A stretch of DNA of 64,000 nt, taken from contig JAFIEK010000013.1 in NCBI GenBank assembly GCA_020832545.1, positions 10,973 to 74,972 of the forward strand, in the 5' to 3' direction. The position numbers and the translations under genes are program-made. Shown here piece after piece: positions 21,599 through 29,690 of this stretch; the stretch's first letter is position 1, and each line of letters opens with the position of its first letter. The stretch comes from Pararhodobacter sp. (GTDB lineage: Bacteria; Pseudomonadota; Alphaproteobacteria; Rhodobacterales; Rhodobacteraceae). The notes under the pieces were generated by a model. That model was not told the origin of the DNA, did not search any database, and saw only the letters and a program-made list of their open reading frames with translations.

Positions 21599-22690
21599 TC
21601 ATTGTGCTGCCTCGGTGTCACTGGTGACGGTGTGCAGGTTCTTCTGGCGGAGTGCCGCCGCTGCATCATCATAGAGGAACGGTAAAAAGGCGTAGCGCGC
21701 GCCGCTGGTGACAGCAGAGACGCGGTGCAGGAGCGAGCAGGAAAAGACCACCGCCCCGCCGGGTGGTGCCCGAAACCCCTGCGGGCCGAATTCAGGGAAG
21801 GATACCTCGCCGCCTTCAAAAGCATCGTTGAGATTGATCGAAACTGCGAAGCGGCGATGCGCGGTGCCGGGGGTTGTGTTGTCACGATGCGCGGCGAAAT
21901 GTCCGCCCTCATCTGCGCGGTAGCATGACACGATATAGCGTTCCATTCGCGTAGGGTGGAAGGCATGGGCGCGCTGGATTTCGGGCACAACGCGGCGCAC
22001 GATCCGGCCCTGTATGTGCTCGATCAGGCCGGGGTCGGTAACAATATGGTCGCGGCGGCTTTTGAAGTTGGGATCATGCAGGCCGACGGTCTTGCCGTCC
22101 ACCTCGCGCATGAAACCCGAAATCTCGCCCCCCGCGGCCTCATAGCGGTCAATCAGTTCGGCGCACAACTCCGGTTCAAACACCCTGGGCAGGTACAGGA
22201 CCGGCGCCTGAAGGGCGATACCCGTGGCGCGTTCGGGCGGTGGCAGGCGCTCGATCCGGTCAAGAACCGCCTGCGTGTCGTGGACCCCGGCTGGCAAGGT
22301 CTCAATTATACGCAGCATGGGATCGGCGATGATCCAGAGCGGGCGGTAGGGGGTCGCGGCCTCACTGTTGAAGGGGGCGGCACCCAGCGCGCGGCTGACC
22401 TTCAGATCATGGTCCAGAAACACACGAAAACCGCGTCGCTCTTGCGGCAGAGACGTTGGCTCGGGGTCGGTACTGACCAGGAACAGGCTGGCGAGGCTGT
22501 CATTGAATACATCGCGACGCGCAGCGGCCAGAAGCACGCCAGGCAGGGCCGGGTTGGCCGAGGGGCCCAGAAGGCAGATTACAATATAGCGCCCTGCCGC
22601 CGCCCCAAGGTTGAAACGCTCCTTCCCGGCGGTGCGCTGGGTGACATGCGGCAGAGGGTCGCCCGGCAGGCGTTGATGGTATTGTAGCAC
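21599..22690 (-). CDS. 2OG-Fe(II) oxygenase (prolyl-4-hydroxylase/PKHD-like) with an N-terminal thioredoxin-fold-like domain
   Basis: 363 aa. The C-terminal half has HFAAHRDN...FAVSINLN...GGEVSFPE...GGAVVFSCSLLHRVSAVTSGARYAFLPF (HxD...H...R facial triad pattern). The N-terminal 150 aa resembles a redoxin fold but I see no CxxC. Confidence 0.7.
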   Translation of the reverse strand: MLQYHQRLPGDPLPHVTQRTAGKERFNLGAAAGRYIVICLLGPSANPALPGVLLAAARRDVFNDSLASLFLVSTDPEPTSLPQERRGFRVFLDHDLKVSRALGAAPFNSEAATPYRPLWIIADPMLRIIETLPAGVHDTQAVLDRIERLPPPERATGIALQAPVLYLPRVFEPELCAELIDRYEAAGGEISGFMREVDGKTVGLHDPNFKSRRDHIVTDPGLIEHIQGRIVRRVVPEIQRAHAFHPTRMERYIVSCYRADEGGHFAAHRDNTTPGTAHRRFAVSINLNDAFEGGEVSFPEFGPQGFRAPPGGAVVFSCSLLHRVSAVTSGARYAFLPFLYDDAAAALRQKNLHTVTSDTEAAQ

Positions 22691-22762
22691 GTTCGATGCT
22701 CCTGTTTCGGGCAGGATACCGCGCCGTTTCTTAATATCCAGTAAAACCGGACGCGTCCGGGG

Positions 22763-23704
22763 TCATTCCTGCGCGGCGAGAAAGGCCTCGGCATCCAGTG
22801 CGGCCATGCAGCCCATACCGGCGCTGGTGACTGCCTGTCGATAAATATGGTCGGTCAGATCACCCGCCGCAAAGACCCCTGGCACCGAGGTGCGCGTGCT
22901 GCCCGGTTCAACCCAGACATAGCCGCCGCTGTGCAGTTTCAACTGCTCTTTCACCAGTTCCGACGCCGGGGCGTGACCAATCGCCACGAAAAAGCCGGCG
23001 GCCGGGATGACCTGCTCTGCGCCGGTCTCAACATGGCGAACTTTCACGCCGGTCACGCCCAGCGGCGCCTCGTCGCCCAGTACCTCAATCGGGGCATGGT
23101 TCCACAGCACCTCAATCTTGGGGTGCTTGAACAGGCGTGCCTGCATGATCTTTTCGGCCCGCAGGCTGTCACGGCGATGCACCAGCGTGACTTTTGAGGC
23201 AAAATTGGTCAGAAACAGCGCCTCTTCCACCGCCGTATTGCCCCCGCCGACCACCACGATCTCGCGGCCGCGATAGAAGAAGCCGTCGCAAGTGGCACAG
23301 GCTGACACGCCAAAGCCCTGAAACTTCGCCTCGGACGGCAGGCCCAGCCATTTCGCCTGCGCGCCGGTGGCCAGAACCACGGCATCGGCGGTATATATGG
23401 TGCCGCTGTCGCCGGTGGCGGTGAAAGGGCGTTTTGAGAGATCGAGCGCGGTGATCACATCGGTGATGATCTCGGCGCCCATCTCACGCGCGTGGTTCTC
23501 CATCCGCGCCATCAGGTCTGGCCCCATGACCGAGGCATCGCCGGGCCAGTTTTCGACATCAGTGGTGATGGTCAACTGCCCGCCGGGTTGAATGCCCTGA
23601 ACCAGAATCGGCTCCAGCATCGCGCGCGCGCCGTACACGGCGGCGGTATAGCCGGCTGGGCCAGAACCGATGATCAGAAGGCGGGTGTGGCGGGGATCAG
23701 ACAT
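22763..23704 (-). CDS. trxB: thioredoxin-disulfide reductase
   Basis: LIIGSGPAGYTAAVY, redox-active CATCDG, VVGGGNTAVEEA. ATG at 23704 is preferred because GGAG lies 6 nt upstream. The ORF could also start at 23716. Confidence 0.95.
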   Translation of the reverse strand: MSDPRHTRLLIIGSGPAGYTAAVYGARAMLEPILVQGIQPGGQLTITTDVENWPGDASVMGPDLMARMENHAREMGAEIITDVITALDLSKRPFTATGDSGTIYTADAVVLATGAQAKWLGLPSEAKFQGFGVSACATCDGFFYRGREIVVVGGGNTAVEEALFLTNFASKVTLVHRRDSLRAEKIMQARLFKHPKIEVLWNHAPIEVLGDEAPLGVTGVKVRHVETGAEQVIPAAGFFVAIGHAPASELVKEQLKLHSGGYVWVEPGSTRTSVPGVFAAGDLTDHIYRQAVTSAGMGCMAALDAEAFLAAQE

Positions 23705-23924
23705 CAGGGGCTCCATTGAATTCGTTTTCTTGCATATAATGCCCGCTCCCGCCCGTGCAAGGGGGCTTCAGGGATGGGCGCAGCTTGCCCCGGCCATACC
23801 CCCTTGTCGGCGGCAATGACAAGGTGGCACACCACCCAGATGCCCTGCAGGCGCAAAGGAATTGCGCAAACACGAAAGAATGTTGCGCGTAACGCTGTTC
23901 CCGCATACATAAGCGAAAAATACA

Positions 23925-24440
23925 ATGGAGCATTGCCGCATGCCCGGCGCGAAACTTGATCCGATCGACCGGATGATCCTTGCTGAACTTCAGGCCGATG
24001 GGCGTATGACCAATGTCGAGTTGGCCCGCCGTGTCGGCATCTCGGCCCCACCCTGCCTGCGCCGCGTACGCACACTGGAGGAGGCAGGGTTCATCCGGGG
24101 CTATCATGCGCGTGTTGATGTGCGTGAACTGGGCTTCGAGGTGCAGGTCTTTGCCATGGTCCGCTTGCACCGTCAGGCCGAGGCCGATCTGAAAGCTTTT
24201 GAGCAACGCTGCCGCGACTGGTCGCTGGTGCGCGAGTGTCACATGCTCAATGGCGAGATCGATTTTATCCTGAAATGCGTGGCGCCTGATCTGTCATCGT
24301 TCCAGAACTTTCTGACCGAACAACTTCTGGCCGCAGAGAATGTGGCCAGCGTGAAAACCTCGCTGGTGATCCGCTGTGCCAAGGACGATCCGGGCGTGCC
24401 GTTCGACGTGCTGGAAGAGCGCTACCGGAAAGAAGCCTGA
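23925..24440 (+). CDS. Lrp/AsnC-family transcriptional regulator
   Basis: 171 aa. LDPIDRMILAELQADGRMTNVELARRVGISAPPCLRRVRTLEEAGFIRGY. The start may be the internal Met at 23940. Confidence 0.9.
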   Translation: MEHCRMPGAKLDPIDRMILAELQADGRMTNVELARRVGISAPPCLRRVRTLEEAGFIRGYHARVDVRELGFEVQVFAMVRLHRQAEADLKAFEQRCRDWSLVRECHMLNGEIDFILKCVAPDLSSFQNFLTEQLLAAENVASVKTSLVIRCAKDDPGVPFDVLEERYRKEA

Positions 24441-24446
24441 GCAGGC

Positions 24447-24513
24447 AAGAAGGGGGGCGCTGCCCCCCTCGGCTTGCGGCCTCACCCCCGGGATATTTGC
24501 GAGCAGACGAAGG
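24447..24513 (+). repeat. REP-like intergenic repeat, copy A
   Basis: aagaaggggggcgctgcccccctcggcttgcggcctcacccccgggatatttgcgagcagacgaagg. A G6C/GC6 hairpin is followed by a conserved tail. It aligns by eye with 29536-29610 and, inverted, with 26245-26310. Confidence 0.7.
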
Positions 24514-24523
24514 CGCGCTGGAG

Positions 24524-25642
24524 TTAAAGCCGCAGTGCCTCGCGCGCGGCGGTGACGGGCAGGCCCAGGGCCGCGCCCACGGCGTCATACGTTACGCGGC
24601 CCGCATGGACGTTCAGCCCGTTCAGCAAATGCTCATTCTCGGCGCAAGCCAGCCGCCAGCCCTTGTTGGCCAGCGCCATCAGGAAGGGCAGGGTGGCGTT
24701 TCCAAGAGCCTGTGTCGAGGTGCGCGCGACTGCACCGGGCATGTTGGCAACGCAGTAATGCATGACCCCGTCCACTTCATAGATCGGATCCTGATGCGTT
24801 GTCGCGCGAGAGGTCTCAAAGCACCCGCCCTGGTCGATGGCGACATCCACCAGCACCGCACCGGGCTGCATCTGCGACAACTGCGCGCGGCTGATCAGCT
24901 TGGGCGCGGCGGCACCCGGGATCAGGACCGCGCCCACCACCATATCGGCACGGGTGATCAATTCCTCAATTGCGGCGGCGTTGGAATACTGCGTGGTCAG
25001 GCGGCCCTGAAAGATGTCATCCAGATAGGACATGCGCGGCAAAGAGCGGTCCAGCACGGTAACATTCGCCCCCATGCCCACCGCCACCCGCGCAGCCGAC
25101 GTGCCCACCACGCCGCCGCCGATGATCACCACATTCGCAGGCCGCACCCCCGGAACACCGCCCATCAGCACCCCGCGCCCACCATTGGCCTTTTGCAGCG
25201 TCCAGGCACCGACCTGCGGCGCCAGCCGTCCGGCCACTTCGGACATGGGCGCCAGAAGCGGCAGGCCGCCGTTGCGGTCGGTCACGGTTTCATAGGCGAT
25301 GGCGGTCACGCCGCTTTCGAGCAGATCGCGCGTCTGGTCGGCGTCCGGCGCGAGGTGCAGATAGGTGAACAGGACCTGCCCTTCACGCAACTGCTTGCGC
25401 TCACCGGCCTGAGGCTCCTTGACCTTCACGACCATCTCGGCCCGGGTGAATACCTCTTCTGCAGTATCGACAATCACCGCCCCGGCGGCACGGTAATCGT
25501 CATCGCTGAACCCGGCACCTAGGCCGGCCCCGGTCTCTATGATCACCGAATGACCCGCGCCCACCGCTTCCTGTGCGGCGGCCGGCGACATTCCGATCCG
25601 AAATTCCTGCGCCTTGATCTCTTTCGGACAACCGATGAGCAT
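24524..25642 (-). CDS. ald: alanine dehydrogenase
   Basis: ORF 24524..25870 trimmed to ATG 25642 (MLIGCPKEIKAQEFRIGMSPAAAQEAVGAGHSVIIETGAG...), preceded by GGGAGG. Contains the NAD fold VVIIGGGVVGTSAA. Confidence 0.95.
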   Translation of the reverse strand: MLIGCPKEIKAQEFRIGMSPAAAQEAVGAGHSVIIETGAGLGAGFSDDDYRAAGAVIVDTAEEVFTRAEMVVKVKEPQAGERKQLREGQVLFTYLHLAPDADQTRDLLESGVTAIAYETVTDRNGGLPLLAPMSEVAGRLAPQVGAWTLQKANGGRGVLMGGVPGVRPANVVIIGGGVVGTSAARVAVGMGANVTVLDRSLPRMSYLDDIFQGRLTTQYSNAAAIEELITRADMVVGAVLIPGAAAPKLISRAQLSQMQPGAVLVDVAIDQGGCFETSRATTHQDPIYEVDGVMHYCVANMPGAVARTSTQALGNATLPFLMALANKGWRLACAENEHLLNGLNVHAGRVTYDAVGAALGLPVTAAREALRL

Positions 25643-25781
25643 GGCAGCCTCCCTGTTTGCATGATGGATGGATTCTGCGGATTTTTTACCGATAGTGCTT
25701 GGAATCTGAACAGTCTCATGCCAGTTTCTTCGCAGATTCTGCGACAATATGGCCCTGATCTTCGAAGGAAGTTGCGCTGCA

Positions 25782-26240
25782 ATGCGGCTAGACCAGATCG
25801 ACCGGCGCATTCTGAATGTCCTGCAGCGGGAGGGACGGATCTCAAATGCTGATCTGGCCGAGCGCATCAACCTCTCGCCCTCTGCCTGCCATCGGCGTGT
25901 TCAGCGTCTGGAGGCCGAGGGGTATATCCGGGGTTACGTCGCGCTGCTGGATCTTCGCCGCATCGGCAAGCCCACGACGGTATTTGTGGAAATCAAGCTC
26001 AATAGCCAAAGCGATGAGACACTGGACGCATTCGAGAAGGGTGTGTCGCGTATTCCGGAATTGCTGGAGTGCCACCTGATGGCGGGCGAGGCTGATTACC
26101 TGCTGAAACTTGTGGTCGAAGACACCGACGACTATGCCCGCATCCACCGCCAGTATCTGGCCCGCCTGCCGGGTGTGGCGCAGATGCAATCCTCATTCGC
26201 GCTCCGCACCGTTCAGAAGACCACGGCAATCCAGCTCTGA
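25782..26240 (+). CDS. Lrp/AsnC-family transcriptional regulator (divergent from ald)
   Basis: ORF 25749..26240. Probable start is the Met at 25782 (MRLDQIDRRILNVLQREGRISNADLAERINLSPSACHRRVQRLEAEGYIRGY). Confidence 0.9.
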   Translation: MRLDQIDRRILNVLQREGRISNADLAERINLSPSACHRRVQRLEAEGYIRGYVALLDLRRIGKPTTVFVEIKLNSQSDETLDAFEKGVSRIPELLECHLMAGEADYLLKLVVEDTDDYARIHRQYLARLPGVAQMQSSFALRTVQKTTAIQL

Positions 26241-26244
26241 TCGC

Positions 26245-26310
26245 CGTTTCATTTTCTGTCTGAAAATATCCTGGGAGTGAATTGGCGCAGCCAACAGGGG
26301 GCAAAGCAAC
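26245..26310 (-). repeat. REP-like intergenic repeat, copy C (inverted orientation)
   Basis: The reverse complement gttgctttgccccctgttggctgcgccaattcactcccaggatattttcagacagaaaatgaaacgg aligns with copy B (ccccctctggcctgcggccattcaccccggcgcgtattttcggcaagatgacgg). Confidence 0.6.
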
Positions 26311-26401
26311 TTACAGCCCGCAGCGCTTTGGCAAGTCGCAGTTCCGAACCGTAAGGGGCGGCCAAATTCTGCTGAAATTGCTTTTGCCAATGAAAAACCC
26401 C

Positions 26402-26432
26402 CGCAGGCCAGGCCCAGGGGGTTGATCTGACC
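26402..26432 (-). terminator. possible intrinsic terminator of rpsU
   Basis: The minus strand reads AACCCCCTGGGCCTGGCCTGCGGGGGTTTTT, a CCCCC/GGGGG stem followed by T5, about 50 nt past the rpsU stop. The stem is short and the loop is large. Confidence 0.45.
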
Positions 26433-26480
26433 GCGCCCGAAGGTGCGGGATGTGTCGCCTGACCGTAGAAGGCCTGCCGA

Positions 26481-26687
26481 TCAGAGCATGCCTTCGCGCT
26501 GCGCCTTCTTGCGCGCGAGTTTACGCGCACGGCGGATCGCTTCGGCCTGTTCCCGGGCTTTCTTGACGGAGGGTTTCTCGAAATGCTGCTTGAGCTTCAT
26601 TTCACGAAACACACCTTCACGCTGAAGTTTCTTCTTCAGGGCTCGGAGCGCCTGTTCGACATTGTTGTCGCGAACACTTACCTGCAT
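26481..26687 (-). CDS. rpsU: 30S ribosomal protein S21
   Basis: 68 aa. [68 protein letters not shown]. Confidence 0.97.
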   Translation of the reverse strand: MQVSVRDNNVEQALRALKKKLQREGVFREMKLKQHFEKPSVKKAREQAEAIRRARKLARKKAQREGML

Positions 26688-26762
26688 GTGGTTTTCACCA
26701 CCTTTCTAAGCTAGAGTGACTGGGTATTGCAGGAAGCGCCCGCATAGCAAAGCCTGGGCGCG

Positions 26763-27485
26763 TTGTCCAGCATGGAGAATGCGATGAGCGAAGACCCCGA
26801 TCTGACCCTTGGCGACCGTTTGCTGGACGCCGCCCTGCCGCATGTCGCCTTTGACGGCTGGTCGCAAGCCGCACTTGAGGCTGCGGCTCTGGAATGCGGT
26901 GTTGACCCGGCAACGGCATACGCCCTCTACCCGCGCGGCGGGCTGGATCTGGCGCTGGCCTATCACCGGCAGGGCGATGCGGCGATGGTTGCCGCGCTTG
27001 CCGCGCGCGATCTGGTGGCGATGCGGATGCGCGAGCGGGTGGCACTGGCGGTGCGGTTGCGGTTGGAGAGCGCGGACCGCGAGGCCGTGCGCCGGGGTGC
27101 CACACTTTTGTCATTGCCCCATCACGCCCCCGAGGCCGCGCGCGCGCTGTGGAACACCGCTGATGCGATCTGGAATGCGTTGGGCGATAGATCGGTAGAC
27201 GGGAACTGGTACACCAAGCGGGCAATGCTGTCGGGGGTGTATTCCTCGACGGTGCTGTACTGGCTGGGGGATTCCTCGCCCGGATATGAGGCAACCTGGG
27301 AGTTTCTGGATCGCCGGGTCGAGGATGTGATGCGGATTGAGAAGGCAAAGGCCGAGGTGCGCAACAGCCCGGTCCTGAGCAAGCTTTTCGCCTTGCCGCT
27401 GGCGGTGCTGGATGGCGTGCGTAAACCCGGCGTGGCCGCCCCCCCGCTACCGGGGCACTGGGAGTCGCAGGCTGGAGATAATTAA
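26763..27485 (+). CDS. COQ9-family protein (rpsU-divergently transcribed protein)
   Basis: 240 aa, divergent from rpsU as in many alphaproteobacteria. LLDAALPHVAFDGWS...RVEDVMRIEK pattern. Confidence 0.8.
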   Translation: MSSMENAMSEDPDLTLGDRLLDAALPHVAFDGWSQAALEAAALECGVDPATAYALYPRGGLDLALAYHRQGDAAMVAALAARDLVAMRMRERVALAVRLRLESADREAVRRGATLLSLPHHAPEAARALWNTADAIWNALGDRSVDGNWYTKRAMLSGVYSSTVLYWLGDSSPGYEATWEFLDRRVEDVMRIEKAKAEVRNSPVLSKLFALPLAVLDGVRKPGVAAPPLPGHWESQAGDN

Positions 27486-27510
27486 ATTGCGCAACCGCGC
27501 AATAATATTT
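27486..27510 (+). terminator. possible intrinsic terminator
   Basis: ATTGCGC-aacc-GCGCAAT (7-bp stem, 4-nt loop) lies directly after the stop codon and is followed by aatattt. Confidence 0.5.
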
Positions 27511-27576
27511 CGCCTCGCTTGACGTGGCGGCAGTCGCGCGCTAATGCCGCCGCAGCAACTGCGGGGAGGGCAGGCC

Positions 27577-28443
27577 ATGGCTGTAGGCAAGGAAATCGTC
27601 ACCTGGTTTGAGGGGCGCTGGCACAAGGGCAACGCGCCGATCATCCGCGCCGCCGATCATGCCGCCTGGCTGGGCTCTGCGGTGTTCGACGGCGCGCGCC
27701 AGTTCGAAGGGGTGCGCCCTGATCTGGACCTGCATGCAGCCCGCATCATCCGTTCCGCCGAGGTCATGGGCATGGTTGCGCCGGTCGATGCCGCCACCGT
27801 GCAGGGCCTGTTGCTTGAGGGCTGCGCGATGTTCCCGCCTGATGCTGCGCTGTATCTGCGCCCGATGATGTGGGCCTGCGATTCAACCCCCGGCATCATC
27901 GATCTGGTGCCTGAAAGCACGGGCTTTTCCATCTGTATCGAAACCCTGCCGATGCCCGAACCGGGCGCTTTTTCGCTGACCGTCTCGCCCTTTTCCCGAC
28001 CGCGCCCCGATATGGCGCTGACCGAGGCCAAGGCGGCCTCGCTTTACGCCAATAACGGGCGGATCATGGCCGAGGCGCGCACGCGGGGCTTCTCTAACGC
28101 GCTGTCACGCGACCCTGACGGCAATGTGGCCGAAACCGCCTCGACCAATGTGTTTCTGGTGCGCGAGGGGGCGGTATTCACGCCGGTGCCCAACGGCACC
28201 TTCCTGGACGGGCTGACGCGGCGGCGGGTCATCGGGTTGTTGCGGAGCGATGGAGTGGAGGTTGTGGAATGCACGCTGACCATCGGTGATTTTCACAAGG
28301 CGGACGAGATTTTTGTCACCGGCAATATCGCCAAAGTGATGCCGGTGGCGCGGTTCGAAGACCGGATCTTTGCCCGCACCCCGATGGGCGAGCGCGCCCG
28401 CGCGCTGTACTGGGAGTGGGCGCATTCCGGGGCGGCCGGGTAA
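27577..28443 (+). CDS. class-IV aminotransferase (branched-chain amino acid aminotransferase-like)
   Basis: ORF 27544..28443. ATG 27577 is preceded by GGGGAGGG. Contains YLRPMMW, ETASTNVFLVREGAVFTP and LDGLTRRRVIGLL blocks. Confidence 0.85.
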   Translation: MAVGKEIVTWFEGRWHKGNAPIIRAADHAAWLGSAVFDGARQFEGVRPDLDLHAARIIRSAEVMGMVAPVDAATVQGLLLEGCAMFPPDAALYLRPMMWACDSTPGIIDLVPESTGFSICIETLPMPEPGAFSLTVSPFSRPRPDMALTEAKAASLYANNGRIMAEARTRGFSNALSRDPDGNVAETASTNVFLVREGAVFTPVPNGTFLDGLTRRRVIGLLRSDGVEVVECTLTIGDFHKADEIFVTGNIAKVMPVARFEDRIFARTPMGERARALYWEWAHSGAAG

Positions 28444-28529
28444 AGGCATCTGGAAGCGGCGCGCGCGGCGCAGCCCTTGCGCCTGCTGGTCCGGTCGCTA
28501 TCCTGCCCCGACCAATCAGGAGGACCCCC

Positions 28530-29507
28530 ATGCGCGCGATCGAGATTTCCCGGCCCGGCGGCCCCGAGGTTCTGGCACTGGCCGAGCGGCCCGAGCCGGT
28601 TCCAGGCGAGGGTGAGATCGTCATTCGCGTGGCATGGGCCGGTGTGAACCGCCCCGATACGCTGCAACGAGCGGGCGCCTATGCGCCGCCGCCCGGTGCC
28701 TCGGATCTGCCGGGGCTGGAGGCATCAGGCCATGTCGCCGCCGTCGGGCCGGGCGTGACGCGCTGGCGCGAGGGGGATGCGGTCTGTGCGCTGTTGCCCG
28801 GTGGGGGGTATGCCGAATATGTCACCACTCACGCCGCCCATGCCCTGCCCGTGCCCGATGGCATGGACCTGCGCGCCGCCGCCTGCCTGCCCGAGACCTT
28901 TTTCACCGTCTGGACCAATGTGTTCGAGCGTGGTGGATTGCAGGCGGGAGAGAGGTTCCTGGTGCATGGCGGATCATCCGGGATCGGCACCACGGCCATT
29001 CAAATTGCCTCCGCGCGGGGTGCGCGGGTGTTTGCCACCGCTGGCAGTGGCGAGAAATGCGCCGCCTGCACGCGGCTGGGGGCTGAACGGGCGATCAACT
29101 ATCGCGAAGAGGATTATGTGGAGGTTCTGCGCGCCGAGGGTGGGGCAGACCTTATCCTCGACATGGTGGGCGGCGACTATCTGCCACGCAACATCAAGGC
29201 TCTGGCCGATGACGGCCGACTGGTGCAGATCGCCTTCCTGCAAGGCCCGAAGGTGGAGCTGAACTTTGCCCAGCTCATGGTGCGGCGGCTGACGATCACC
29301 GGTTCCACCCTGCGCCCGCAATCGGTATCAGCCAAGGCGCGCATCGCAGCGGCGCTTGAAGCCGAGGTCTGGCCGCTGTTGGCTTCAGGTAGGATCGCGC
29401 CGGTGATGGATGCCGAATTCCCGCTGGAAGAGGCTTCTGCAGCGCATGAGCGGATGGAAAGCTCGGCACATATCGGCAAGATCGTGTTGAAGGTGGCGGG
29501 GGGCTGA
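28530..29507 (+). CDS. NAD(P)H:quinone oxidoreductase (PIG3/zeta-crystallin type MDR)
   Basis: ORF 28416..29507 trimmed to ATG 28530, which is preceded by CAGGAGGA. MRAIEISRPGGPEVL...VNRPD...LVHGGSSGIGTTAIQIA...GKIVL. Confidence 0.85.
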   Translation: MRAIEISRPGGPEVLALAERPEPVPGEGEIVIRVAWAGVNRPDTLQRAGAYAPPPGASDLPGLEASGHVAAVGPGVTRWREGDAVCALLPGGGYAEYVTTHAAHALPVPDGMDLRAAACLPETFFTVWTNVFERGGLQAGERFLVHGGSSGIGTTAIQIASARGARVFATAGSGEKCAACTRLGAERAINYREEDYVEVLRAEGGADLILDMVGGDYLPRNIKALADDGRLVQIAFLQGPKVELNFAQLMVRRLTITGSTLRPQSVSAKARIAAALEAEVWPLLASGRIAPVMDAEFPLEEASAAHERMESSAHIGKIVLKVAGG

Positions 29508-29535
29508 AGCGGACACGGTGACAACAGTGTTGCCG

Positions 29536-29610
29536 AAAAAGAAGGGGGCTACCGCCCCCTCTGGCCTGCGGCCATTCACCCCGGCGCGTATTTTCGGCAA
29601 GATGACGGGG
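29536..29610 (+). repeat. REP-like intergenic repeat, copy B
   Basis: aaaaagaagggggctaccgccccctctggcctgcggccattcaccccggcgcgtattttcggcaagatgacgggg. It has the same hairpin-plus-tail organisation as copy A. Confidence 0.7.
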
Positions 29611-29690
29611 CAGGGCTGGACGCTGGAGCAGCGCGCGCCTAGTGTGCAGAGCAGTCCGCTTTCTCCGCCCCTGACCAGACGACAGGATCG

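Noticed and set aside
20561-22700. tRNA-Ala-linked genomic island
   Set aside because: There is no integrase and no direct repeat of the tRNA 3' end downstream. Only a modest compositional dip is reported, as a low-interest finding.
29508-29690. Possible SRP (4.5S/ffs) RNA upstream of dnaX, a common alphaproteobacterial arrangement
   Set aside because: I could not find the conserved domain-IV sequence (GGAAGCAGCC-like). The region is instead explained by a REP-like repeat copy.
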